From contig NC_043011.1 in NCBI RefSeq assembly GCF_006345805.1, forward strand, positions 43,970,464-44,034,463: a DNA stretch of 64,000 bases. The letters run 5' to 3'. Made by a program: the position numbers and the translations under genes. The notes under the pieces were generated by a model. That model did no database searches. It worked only from the letters and a program-made list of their open reading frames with translations, and had not been told where the DNA came from. This DNA comes from Octopus sinensis (lineage: Eukaryota). Positions within the stretch are counted from its first letter, which is position 1, and each line of letters starts with the position of its first letter. This document shows positions 1 through 11,810 of the stretch, piece after piece.

Positions 1-118
1 TATCTATCTATATATATATATATATATATATTATTTGTTATTTATGTATTGGTTTATGTCTATCACTGTTTGAGTTGCATAATAATGGTTTTAACTCTTT
101 ATATTATATTATATTATA

Positions 119-610
119 TCTATATATATAAAACTCTAGTTGTGTGAGTGTCTGTCCCCTTCGATTTAGATTCCTAACTCCTCCCACATTTTGCGGTGCA
201 GTTTAACCAAGTCGTGATTCATATCGAGCCCATCTGGCTATTAGCGCGCGTCTACGATGAGTCTACGATTTTAAAAATAATTTAACATCATTTTTTATTC
301 CATTTTAATGCATAATCTTTCGTGTGTCGATGGCGGCGGAGTTGGCGTCCACGCTCACAGCTGCACCTGTTTGCTTCTCCCCCTTCCCTCCCTCGTGAAG
401 CTGTGGGGAAGGGAGTGTAAAGAAATCAACGTCGTAATGCGTTGTCAAGGAGACCAGCGTTCTTTTAGAACAACGACTTCATGGCTTGAAGACACCAAAA
501 CAGATGGCTAAGAAAGCCCGAATTGGCATCTATAAGGGAAGTAACTCTCTAAAAATGCTTATATAGTTATTTCCCTTACAAACCCGAGCAACGCCGGGCG
601 ATACTGCTAG
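119..610 (+). mobile_element. Non-autonomous Helitron
   Basis: 5' TC after A (atc tatatatataaaac); 3' subterminal hairpin cccg-agcaacgc-cggg (583-598) then CTAG (607-610) followed by T; sits in (TATAT)n. Confidence 0.8.
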
Positions 611-671
611 TTATATATATTATATTATATTATATTATATTATATTATATTATATTATATTATATTATATA

Positions 672-2466
672 CTAGCAGAATTGCCCGGCGTTGCTCGGAG
701 CTGAATTGCTTGAAAGTACTGTTAATGATTGCACTGAATTATGATGATTATTCAGGCAAATATTGATATAAGTTTACGGTGGGAGATAAGGACTTAACGA
801 TCAAACGTGTGCCATTGCATTGTTTTGGGGGAAACCAAATTTCTGATGAGCATTATAGGGGCACCAACTTTAAGTTTGAGAATGTGTGGTGGTAGTCCGG
901 GGTGCTCAAAGGAATTGAGTACTTCTATTGGATAGTTGATGACGTCCTCTGGGTCAGGAGTTGTATCGATAGACTGATATATATAGACGTCCCCAGGAAT
1001 GAGTTTTAGCATTTCATCATTAATATGGTGAACAGTTTTATTCCTCGGGGCCAGAATAGCCTTTTGGCCAATCCAATCCATATTCTGATAATTAGCTTGT
1101 AGATCTGGGAACACTGCATCTCTGAGATCAGAAGACGTCTTAACAATGGTACAAATGGAATCGATGGCAATATTACCATTTTCATCCCCTGGTATTTTGC
1201 CTTCGCCAAGTGCAAGGAGGGTGTGAGGAAATGCTGCTGATGTGATATTACGTCGCATATGAGCACGCATATTGGTGTGAAGTTTGAGAGTCTTCACCAG
1301 TGGCCACAATGTGGATGACTTAAGACACGCACTTACTGCATCAGCTGTAGTCCCTTTGGGAATAACGGGAAGTGTTTGTCGGAAGTCCCCTGAAAGAAGA
1401 AGTGTTATGCCTCCCATGGGAGCTGAAGAGTGTTTGATGTCTCTGAGAGATCTATCTAGTGCCTCAAGAACACTTCTGTGGGCCATCGTGCATTCATCCC
1501 AAACGATAAGCTTACATCGTCTGAAGACTTCTGCCTGATCGGAGCTGTTACTGATGTTGCAAGTTGGTGTCTCAGTCTTCGCTAAGTCAAGCGGAAGCTT
1601 GAAAGTGGAAATATATATATATTATATAATAGCGAAACAATTGTCCCAAAATAATCTGTAATTTTGTTATTTTTTATTTGCCCTGTCCGTGTGAGCTAAC
1701 AATCGTACTGACTTTCATGGGAAACATGTATTTTCGTGGTTGAAACCTTTTGGATTAACTGGTGCTAGAGTGAGCCATATAGTGACCACTCTCTTATATT
1801 TATTTTGTAAAAATATTATAATATGTTATAAAATATTATAATAATCCAGGTTTCTCGGAGCACTAGGCCACTTGGTGTTGAATAGATATACTATTAAATT
1901 AGTATCTAATTCTCTCACCCTTATTAATTAATTATAATTATGCTGCATTTATTTCTAAATGCTGTATTTGTTTTCCGTGAAAGTTTGGCGCGCTGTTAGT
2001 TGGGGCATTTGAATTATAACGTCGGATGTAATCAATTGAACCACACGCGTATTTATCGTTATGGTAAAATCTGGCGTGTGATTGAGTGGATTTCATCCAG
2101 ATAGTTTTGGCTGACGAGCTACAAATGGATTTTTTTTGTAAGTAAAATTACATTTAATTCATTAATAGCGAAACAATTGTCCCAAAATAATCTGTATTTT
2201 TGTTATTTTTTTTGCCCTGTCCGTGTGAGCTAACAATCGTACTGACTTTCATGGGAAACATGTATTTTCGTGGTTGAAACCTTTTGGATTAACTGGTGCT
2301 AGAGTGAGCCATATAGTGACCACTCTCTTATATTTATTTTATATTATATATTATATATGTATATATATAAGTGAAAAAATTGATGGTTTTTTTCTCTTAT
2401 GAATGTTTTTTCACGCTAACTACTTGATAAATTTTTATGAAGATTTTATCTTATTTTTTTAAATTT

Positions 2467-2507
<41 letters not shown>

Positions 2508-2877
2508 GATTATATATATATAATATATTATAATAATTAGGTTAGGGCTTAGTAAAATAAATTACTTTTTTCCACATACTGAACTTTCTAGAAATAGCAG
2601 CCCAAAAAGTTTTTTAGCCATTTCCACTACTTAAAGAAAATTTCTCTCTGAGAGAAATTTTCTTTAAGTAGTGGAAATGGCTAAAAAACTTTTTGGGCTG
2701 CTATTTCTAGAAAGTTCAGTATGTGGCAAAGTAATTTATTTTACTAAGCCCTAATAATTAATTTAATGTTATATTTTGAATTCGCCTTAAATGGTCCTTT
2801 TACATACTGAATACTTGGTGAAATTGATATTATAACTAATTAATTTTACCCTCAATTGTTTATATATATATCTATAG

Positions 2878-2878
<1 letters not shown>
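672..2878 (-). mobile_element. Internally deleted Helitron carrying a helicase fragment
   Basis: Minus-strand 3' end with hairpin and CTAG at 672-675, closely matching the 3' end of the 119-610 element (tail-to-tail). Probable 5' TC end near 2878 (atctatagatatatataaac on minus) is less certain. Contains a ~180-bp direct duplication (about 1626-1805 and 2163-2340) and a large palindrome. Confidence 0.65.
770..1610 (-). pseudogene. Helitron RepHel PIF1-family helicase fragment
   Basis: Translation STFKLPL...KLIVWDECTMAHR...LLLSGDFRQTLPVIP...ILAPRN...LKLKVGAPIMLIRNL, then a frameshift to CNGTRLIVKSL; truncated at both ends. Confidence 0.9.
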
Positions 2879-2879
<1 letters not shown>

Positions 2880-2913
<34 letters not shown>

Positions 2914-2914
2914 C

Positions 2915-2949
<35 letters not shown>

Positions 2950-3200
2950 TGTATATATATATATGTATATATATTATTGTATATATATATGTATATATAT
3001 ATATATATAATATATGATATCTATATATATGTATAATATATATATATGTATATATATTATGTATATATATATATGATATATATAATATGTATATTATATA
3101 TGTATATATATATTGTATATATAATGTTATATATATAATGTATATATATGTATATATATATATGTATATATATGTATATATATATATATGCCTATATATA
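2880..3200. repeat. (TA)n-rich degenerate microsatellite
   Basis: Direct reading; source of the YI-repeat ORFs. Confidence 0.95.
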
Positions 3201-3206
3201 TAGCCT

Positions 3207-4535
3207 AACACAGCTCCTGCAACACTATGACTGGGTGTTGAAACAGCTACTAAATGGCTCAAATGTGGATGTAAATATCTTGACTTTGCAAAAGCCTTTG
3301 ATAAAGTCGACCATGGTATGATCTGTCACAAACTGCGTGGTCTCGGCATAGGCGGGAAACTTGGAGAGTGGCTGCACAACTTCCTAAAAGACAGAAAACA
3401 GGCAGTTGTGAGCAATGGAGCCACCTCCAGGGAAACGCAAATAACAAGCGGTGTCCCACAGGGCACTGTCTTGGGGCCACTGATGTTCATAGTGGCCCTT
3501 TCAGACATGCCTTCAGTTGCTACGATGACCACCCTTGCTAGCTATGCAGATGACACAAAGGTCTCCCACGCAATACAGAACCCTGAAAATATTGCGCATC
3601 TGCAACATGAGCTGGACACAATATACAGGTGGGCTGAGGACAACAACATGCAGTTTAATGCAGGTAAGTTCCAGGCCCTGCGCTACTGGCACACAAAGGT
3701 AAATGACGTGAAGACTGGATACACTGGCCCAGGAAGAATTGCAATCCCTGAGTCAAAATCAGTGCGTGACCTGGGCATTGACATGAGCAATGATGCATCT
3801 TTCCAAATGCATATTGCTAATCTGGTGATAAAATGCAGACGGCTAGCTGGATGGATTCTCCGACTTTCAGAACAAGAGAGAAGGAGACACTGATGGTCCT
3901 ATGGAAAACATTTGTCCTCAGCCGCTTGGACTACTGCTCCAACTTTGGTCACCACACAATATAAAACAAACAGCAGAACTCGAAGCAACTCAGAGAAGCT
4001 ACACAAAGAAAATCGTCTCAATGCAAAATGTCAGCTACTGGGAAAGACTGAAGGTATTAAACCTCTTCTCCCTGGAGCGGAGGCGGGAGAGATATGCAGT
4101 AATATACATCTGGAAAATCCTGGAGGGTCTTATCCCAAACTTTGGCATTCAAAGTTACTCCAACCGCAGAACGGGGCGCCGCTGCGTGGTGCCAAGGATT
4201 CCAACATCACCATCAAAATACAGGTCCAGATACTGCAACAGCTTGGGTTTCAGAGGACCACAGCTTTTCAACATCCTCCCTAAATGCCTGAGAGACTTAC
4301 ATGGTGTGGATGTGGGTTTCTTTAAAACTAAACTGGATCTCTTCTTGTTGGGAGTCCCAGATGAACCTACCTCACGACAGGAGACACGGATGCGGGCAGC
4401 AGCATCAAAATCCCTTGTTGATCAAGTGCCACGTATCAGAGGTGGATTCACAAACTAGTGTGGCTCATTCAGCGGTGGTGCCCCAGCATGGCCGCGGCCT
4501 TCGGGCTAAAACATTTTTAAGGATTTTTTAAGGAT
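3207..4535 (+). mobile_element. 5'-truncated CR1-clade LINE (RT C-terminal half plus 3' UTR)
   Basis: [68 protein letters not shown]; three single-base frameshifts near 3277, 3863 and 3940. Confidence 0.92.
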
Positions 4536-4821
4536 ATGTATGTATATATATGTATGTATGTATATATATATTATATATGTATGTATGTATATATATGTAT
4601 GTATGTATATATATATATATGTATGTATGTATATATATGTATGTATGTATATATATATATATATGTATGTATGTATATATATATATATGTATGTATATAT
4701 ATATATATGTATGTATATATATATATGTATGTATGTATATATATGTATGTATGTATATATATATATGTATGTATGTATGTATGTATATATATGTATGTAT
4801 GTATATATATATATATGTATG

Positions 4822-4854
<33 letters not shown>

Positions 4855-4859
4855 GTATG

Positions 4860-4890
<31 letters not shown>

Positions 4891-5002
4891 ATATATATAT
4901 ATGTATGTATGTGTATATATATATATATGTATGTATGTGTATATATTATATATGTATGTATGTGTATATATATATATATGTATGTATGTATATATATATA
5001 TG

Positions 5003-5058
<56 letters not shown>

Positions 5059-5235
5059 TATATATATATGTATGTATGTATATATATATGTATATATATG
5101 TATGTATAATATATGTATGTATGTATATATATATATATATGTATGTATGTAATATATATATATATGTATGTATTATATATATATATATATTATGTATGTA
5201 TATATATATAATATGTATGTAATATAATATATATG

Positions 5236-5289
<54 letters not shown>

Positions 5290-5342
5290 ATAATATATGT
5301 ATGTCTGATGTATATAATAATATATCTATATATGTATGTATG

Positions 5343-5388
<46 letters not shown>

Positions 5389-5400
5389 TATTTGTATGTA
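4536..5400. repeat. Compound (TA)n/(TATG)n microsatellite
   Basis: Direct reading. Confidence 0.97.
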
Positions 5401-5846
5401 GCGAAGACTTTGCCTGGCTGGTTGTAATGTCATACTTTCTTGTTGACGTCTTTTCTTGTCTTTCCATTTCTCCTCTCCCTCTATGTCACTCCTTTGTGCT
5501 CCCCCTTTTACGGTGCGTCGCCAATCCTCACGGTTGCTAGCAACTGCTTCCTAGTTGCTAATATTGATGTCGCAGGCCTTCATGTCCCTTTTGCAAACAT
5601 CCTTGTATCGTAAGAACGGTCTCACCACAGACCTAGTGCCCCTAGCAAGCTCTCCGTAGAGTATGTCCTTGGGGATACTGCCATCTTCACTACATTTCCG
5701 GCACCTGCCAGATAGATTGTTTGTCCAGAATAGGACTACACAGCCACAGCAGGAGATGTATTAGGACACGAAATGTAAAAGCCGGACTAGATTATTTTAT
5801 GCGCAACTCCATTGTCTCCCGAGACAAAAAGGATGCCAAGAATATA
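5401..5846 (+). mobile_element. RTE-clade LINE 3' end with inverted 5' segment and 14-bp TSD
   Basis: Minus 5690->5401 encodes EDGSIPKDILYGELARG...RYKDVCKRDMK; plus 5691-5790 encodes YISGTCQIDCLSRIGLHSHSRRC then the 3' UTR ending aaggatgccaa; TSD tatatttgtatgta at 5387-5400 and 5847-5860. Confidence 0.85.
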
Positions 5847-6020
5847 TATATTTGTATGTATGTAAGCATGTATAGTATGGCTTGGTATGTATGTATGTAT
5901 GTATGTATGTATGTATGTACGTATGTATGTATGTATGTATGTATGTATGTATGTATGTATGCATGCATGCATGTATGTATGTATGTATGTATGTATGTAT
6001 GTATGTATGTATGTATGTAT
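5847..6020. repeat. (TATG)n microsatellite
   Basis: Direct reading. Confidence 0.95.
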
Positions 6021-6021
6021 A

Positions 6022-6310
6022 AAGGCGCGTGGTCTAATGGTTAGACGTCTTACTCTAAACTATCGCACGATAATGATTTCGTTTCCCAGACCTGCTGCGC
6101 GTTGCGTTCTTCAACAAAACACCTCATTTTACGTTGCTCCTGTCTTCTAGATAACTCTGTGACGAACTAGCCTTCTGATCAAGGGAAATTCTAACCGGTT
6201 CGCCTAGCCACCGGGGTGGCATCACTCAAAAGCTAAAACGATGCACAGCGCATTGTGGACCAGCAATGTATAACAACTTTGAACAGTGTGGTCGATCGTG
6301 TGATCCCGTG
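6022..6310 (+). mobile_element. tRNA-derived SINE (family also at ~20255-20500 and ~59000-59240)
   Basis: A-box-like ggcgcgtggtctaatggttag head with a shared body cttc/gaacaaaac.cttcattt.acgttgctc in the three copies. Confidence 0.7.
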
Positions 6311-6394
6311 ATATGCTTGGCTCGTAGGCGCAGGCGTGGCTATGTGATAACAAGCTTGTTTCCCAACCACATGGTTCCGGGTTCAGTTCGCCGG

Positions 6395-6720
6395 TTACGA
6401 CGACAAGGATTCCAGTTGATCCGATCAACGGAAGAGCCTGCTCGTGAAATTAACGTATAAGTGGTTGAGCCCTCCACAGACACGTGCACCCTTAACGTAG
6501 CTCTCTGAAAGATTCAGCGTAACACAGAGTGTGACAAGGCAGGTCCTTTAGAAATACAGGTACAACAGAAACAGGAAGAAAAGGGTGAGAGAAAGTAGTG
6601 GTAAGAGAGTACAGCAGAGTTCGCCACCTCCCCCTACCGGAGCCTCATGGGGCTTTAGGTGTTTTCGCTCAATAAACACTCACAACGCCCGGTCTGGGAA
6701 CCATGGGACCATTGCACCTC
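6395..6720 (-). mobile_element. tRNA(Arg)-like SINE (Octopus OR-type), with internal deletion
   Basis: Collinear with the full copy at 49799-50188. Confidence 0.85.
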
Positions 6721-6759
6721 CACTGTATGCGTGTGTATCTCTGTATGTGTATATATATG

Positions 6760-6801
<42 letters not shown>

Positions 6802-7228
6802 ATTATTTGAGGGAATATAATTGTTCATTTTGAATTGATAAAAGGTGGTTTTTTAAATTTATATATATACATATATATACAAAATAAGAAAATGGAGAAA
6901 TACATCCAAATCAAATATCAACTACCAGATAATACCCAATCACATACTTTATTAAACCACCACATAAGAAACTTTAAGGTCAAACATAATAATATATGAC
7001 AAAACAGTGTACATAAAGGAGTGTACATAAATGATACAATAAGTGCAATTAATTTGTATTTTATTTTATTTATCTATTTATCTATACATATATATACATT
7101 GAGAGAAGAACGAGATGGACGCTTCATTTTTATGCTGTTGCCGCATTATGTCGTACGCGAATGAGAGGATTTACATCCCCAACCAAGAATTTTTGATGTA
7201 ATACATGTCCTTGTGAAAGTTGTTGTGC

Positions 7229-7306
7229 GCGGCTGAAGAAGGCCACAGACATACATTATGTATTGTTATAAATCCGTCTAATAAAGTCCCGAAACATATG
7301 TACCGC
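7229..7306 (+). ncRNA. Type I hammerhead ribozyme motif
   Basis: Stem I gcgg/ccgc, core CTGAAGA (7233-7239), imperfect stem II, GAAA (7291-7294), palindromic stem III acatatgt, GUA cleavage triplet. Confidence 0.7.
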
Positions 7307-9356
7307 TGAATCCTTGGCATCATGTTTTTATTTTGATTAATTTATACATATATATATATATATATATTTCTATTTATTTATTCATTCATTCTTATTTATT
7401 TATTTATTTATATATTTATTTATTCATTTTTTAATTTTTTAATTTAATTTTTTTTTTAATTAAAAATTTTTTTTTTGTTTTGTCACTTATTAATTTATAA
7501 TTAATTTAGTTTATAATTAATTTACTTATATCTTAATTAATAGTAATTTCTGTTAACTTATTATTGTGTATGTGTTTATACGTCCTTTGATGGGCAGACA
7601 TATTTTGTAATTTAGTAAATATATGTGGATATGTCGAAATGTGTTCATATGTATATGTATGTGTATGTATGTTTTTATATGTATATGTATATTTATGGGT
7701 GGATATATATGTATATGTTCTGCTTATACGTATGAGTACGCAGATACATATTTAAATATGTATATGTGTATATGCGAATGTTTGCAGACACAGTGCATAA
7801 GAGTGAATAAATGTTTATGGATATGTGCGGATGTGCGTGTGTGTGTGTGTATGTATATGTATATTCATGGGTGGATATATATGTATATGTTTTTCTTATA
7901 CGTATGAGTACGCAGATACATATTTGAATATGTATATGTATATGCGAATGTTTGCAGACACTGTGCATGAGAGTGTATAAATGTTTACGGATATATGCAG
8001 ATGTGCGTTTGTGTGTGTGTGTGTATAAATGTTGGTATAGTTTTCCCATGCATGTGCTGGTTTATTTAGACGTCCTTTAATGGGCAGACATATATTTTGT
8101 AATTTAGTAAATATATGTGGATATGTCGAAATGTGTTCATATGTATATGTATGTGTATGTATGTTTTTGTATGTATAAGTATATTCATGGGTGGATATAT
8201 ATGTGTATGTCTTTCTTATACGTATGAGTACGCAGATACATATTTGAATATGTATATATGTATATGTGAATGTTTGCAGACACAGTGCATGAGAGTGTAT
8301 AAACGTTTATGGATATGTGCGGATGTGCGTGTGTGTGGGTATGTGTGTGTATAAATGTTGGTATAATTTTCCCATGCCTGTGCTGGTTTCGTAGAAATGT
8401 AACGATATAGAAGTTTCAGTGGCAAGATAATTTGTTTACGAAATATACAGTGTTATTTTAATCATGTATCTTGTGATAATAACGTACTTCGACTAGGTAT
8501 AGTTGTCTGTGTGCTTGCATATACGCATTTTTATGGATATATGTGAATAGATCTGTATGTAAACATATGTGTGGGGGGGGGGGCTGGTATCTCTTATGTT
8601 GTGATTTGTCTGTGTATGTGCGTGTGGGCGCACGCTTGCAAGTGTACGTGTGTGGATGTTTCTCAACAAACCAACCGTAAAGAAGACAATTGTAATTTAA
8701 ATTTAAATGTACAAGCCAATCATATTTTAGCGCTAGATTCGTAACTATTTCTGAACATAATACTGTATTTGTGTCACAATTGAAATTATTAATTTACACT
8801 CGTATGTACATCCGTGCACCTGTGGATCTTAATATCATGTAAACCGAATGCTTTTATTTCTTATTTTGTATGTATATACAGATATTTAATGCTTTGCATG
8901 GTACTGTAGTACTATTGTGGTCCTTAGTTTTGCTATTATATTGCTAATAATGGGATCTATATATTGTTTTGCTAGTATTAGTGTTATTATTAATAAGAAT
9001 AATGATATTGGTAGCATTAGTGGTAATGATAATGGTAATGATGTTAACATTAATGACATTTTGTAAATTAATATAAATTAATATAATGTTCTCTTGACTC
9101 TGTATATCTGCATTTGGATATTAATATGTGTATGTTTTTTATATTGTAATATCACAATATTAAGTTGAAAAACTGTAACATTGAATATGGAACATATGTA
9201 TGTTTATTGATTTATATTATTTATATTATCATGTATGTGTAAATGTATATGTATAGGAGTATGAGTATATGCACTCATATGTATATGTATATGATTTATT
9301 ATGGGTATGTACCCACACTTATGTAAGTGTATATGTAATTTGGTTTGTATTTCATA

Positions 9357-9483
9357 ATCTCCGAAGAGGCCTTAGGATATTTTTGTAAATGTCTCATTTA
9401 TAACTATATATTGACCTACCACACAAGGCTAATATAAGTAAAATGAGACATACTTATCTGCAGGGCCGAAACAGCTGTAAGAT
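9357..9483 (+). ncRNA. Type I hammerhead motif with U4C core variant
   Basis: Stem I atct/agat, core CCGAAGA, stem II ggcc/ggcc with an 11-bp inner hairpin atgtctcattt/aaatgagacat, GAAA, stem III acagctgt, GUA. Confidence 0.65.
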
Positions 9484-9906
9484 GTAGTTTATATTTATAT
9501 TTATATTTATTTATATTTTTATTCTCTTATACATATTGTACTTATTGTATCATATTACTCCTTTATGTACACTGTTTTGTCATATATTATTATGTTTTAC
9601 CTTAAAGTTTCTTATGTGGTAGTTTAATAAAGTATGTGATTGGGTATTATCTGGTAGTTGATATTTGATTTTGATGTATTTCTCCATTTTCTTATTTTGT
9701 ATTATGAATTTGTGGTAAAACACTTTACCTTTGCCCATATAATACAGTAAATGAATTAATTGTATCGCAATTCTTAACATTTATGTATTAACTTTGTTGG
9801 GTACTTCACTGGCAGTATATTGGATATATGTTATCCCATGGAGGGTTGCATTTACAACCCCTATCTCAATTTGCAACTATATATATATATATATATATAT
9901 ATCTAT

Positions 9907-9960
<54 letters not shown>

Positions 9961-10552
9961 AATAATAATAATAATAATATAATAATAATAGTAATAATAA
10001 TAATAATAATAATAGGGAATATGGTTCCATACTTACAGGGAAAAATTCAATTTAGTAATACTAAATCAAATTTCCCAATATATAATATATGTATATAAAT
10101 TAGAGAAGAACCACCATGAAGCAATTCAACAATGATATAATTAAATCATACAATATTGAAAAAAATTAAAGGTACGATAAAACATTTACCTAGAACTAAA
10201 TCAAGTAAATAGTATATAATTATGTATGTATGTATGTATGTATGTATGTATGTATGTATGTATATGATATGTTATGTATGTTTGTATATGTATTAGTACA
10301 CACACACATATGCATTCATACAAACACACACACACACACACACACATACTGAACTCTCTGGTCTCGTCACATATAATGGTTAGTAATACAACTAGCACAG
10401 TGAAATACTGGATAAGTATGTATATATTATAGAAGTGTAACTATTATTTTCTATAGAATTCACAGCCAACACGGAAAGTTACAACGTCTCGTGTACGAAT
10501 ACGTTTATGCAAATAAATCGATCGAAGATAGCAAAAAAAAAAATAGTTAATA

Positions 10553-10599
10553 GGTGTATATGCATATTTCAGGAGTTATTGCTCTTTCATCAGTGCCAC
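10553..10599 (-). ncRNA. Degenerate minimal hammerhead motif (Penelope-type)
   Basis: Minus strand: gtggca CTGATGA aagag caataa ctcct GAAA tatgca TA tacacc; stem I is poorly paired. Confidence 0.5.
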
Positions 10600-10919
10600 A
10601 TGCAAACTACCAACTATCCACGAACCTATTTATTAAATACCAATTACTTTTAGGGGTAACTATTACATCAATATATGTTGTTAGTGTTTCATTGTATTAG
10701 TTGTACTACTAACCATTATATCTACCTCTGAGATCTGTATTTCACTGTATTAATTGTACTACTATGATGCTATTATATCTACATATGCAGTGTGGATGTC
10801 TGTGGTAGTGTGGTGTAGTGTGATAGCGGCGGTGGTGGTGGGGATAATAGTTGGGTGATGGTGATGGTGGTGGTGGTGGAGTATTTAATGCATGTGGTTA
10901 TTTTTTTTCGCCCCTTTCA

Positions 10920-11216
10920 AGCCTAGATAGGCTCATGGGCCCGATTTCCCGGTTTCTGTGGCGTATGTGTCCCCCCCCCCACCAGCTGGACGGGACGCCA
11001 GTCCATCGCAGCGTTACTCAAGAAACAGGAAGGGAAAGTGAGAGAAAGTTGTGGCGAAAGAGTACAACAGGGGTCGCCACCACCCCCTGCCGGAGCCTCG
11101 TTGAACTTTTAGGTGTTTTCGCTTAATAAACACGCACAACGCCCGGTCTGGGAATCGAAACCGCGATCCTCCGACCGCGTGTCCGCTGCCCTGACCACTG
11201 AGCCATGGTTGTGACG
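10920..11216 (-). mobile_element. OR-type SINE with an alternative 3' tail
   Basis: Head and body match 49799-50188; the tail (10920-11020) differs. Confidence 0.8.
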
Positions 11217-11549
11217 AAGCCTTTTTGTTGTCATCGCTTCTGTAGTCGTTGTCTATGTTGTATAAAAGTCGGATCGAATGGTATTAAACTGCTTCCAACC
11301 GCTTGGAGTATTTCAAATTTTTACCTAATTACTTTCAAATTTTGTAACACTAATGTTTGTATAAATTACTATGTGAGTTGGAAGCGGGTGTTTATGTTTA
11401 TATCGATGTGCTTATGAGGAACAAAATTTTATTTTTATTGTTTTGTTTCGTTATTCTTTATAAAAAATAAATTTCAAGGTTCCGAAATTTCAGCAATGGA
11501 GGCTTCTGATTAGCTAAAATTACATTATTTTAAATGCTCACAACTTGTA

Positions 11550-11810
11550 TGTTATTAGATTTTAGAAAAAGATAATGCAATTTTCGTCATCAGTAAGGCC
11601 AAGAGAATCGTTAGCGCGCTGTCGAAATGCTTTTCTGTATTTCATCCGTCTTTATGTTCTGAGTTCAAATTCAGCCAAAGTCGACTTCACCGTTCACCCT
11701 TTTGGGGACGATAAAATAAGTACCAGCTGAACGATGGGGGTCGATGTAATCGATTATCCATCATCCGGAACTGCTAGCCGTGTGCCAAAATTTGAAACCA
11801 ATTTTTGTCA
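11550..11810 (+). mobile_element. OK-type SINE (other copies ~13312-13530 +, 13720-13870 -, 22495-22700 -, 37225-37365 -, 39000-39180 -, 39520-39640 -, 47325-47555 +, 56185-56310 +, 60330-60731 -, 61060-61275 -)
   Basis: Recurring consensus ggcgagctggcagaa.cgttagc...gagttcaaattccgccgaggtcgactttgcctttcatcctttcggggtcgataaa.taagtacc. The family name is from memory. Confidence 0.85.

Larger units (their letters stand above)
6877..9702. mobile_element. Penelope-like element remnant with inverted terminal repeats
   Basis: ~170-bp inverted repeats at 6877-7049 and 9535-9702; two hammerhead motifs inside; internal nested duplications (7578-8390). No RT or GIY-YIG ORF is visible, so the PLE assignment is inferred from architecture. 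Confidence 0.6.

Noticed and set aside
3207-4460. Intact autonomous CR1 RT gene
   Set aside because: It is 5'-truncated with no endonuclease and has three -1 frameshifts (some could be sequencing indels, but truncation alone excludes autonomy).
4536-5427. Long YI/MYV-repeat ORFs (also 2852-3262, 16115-16636, 26956-27283 and others)
   Set aside because: Translations of (TA)n/(TATG)n microsatellites that lack stop codons by composition.
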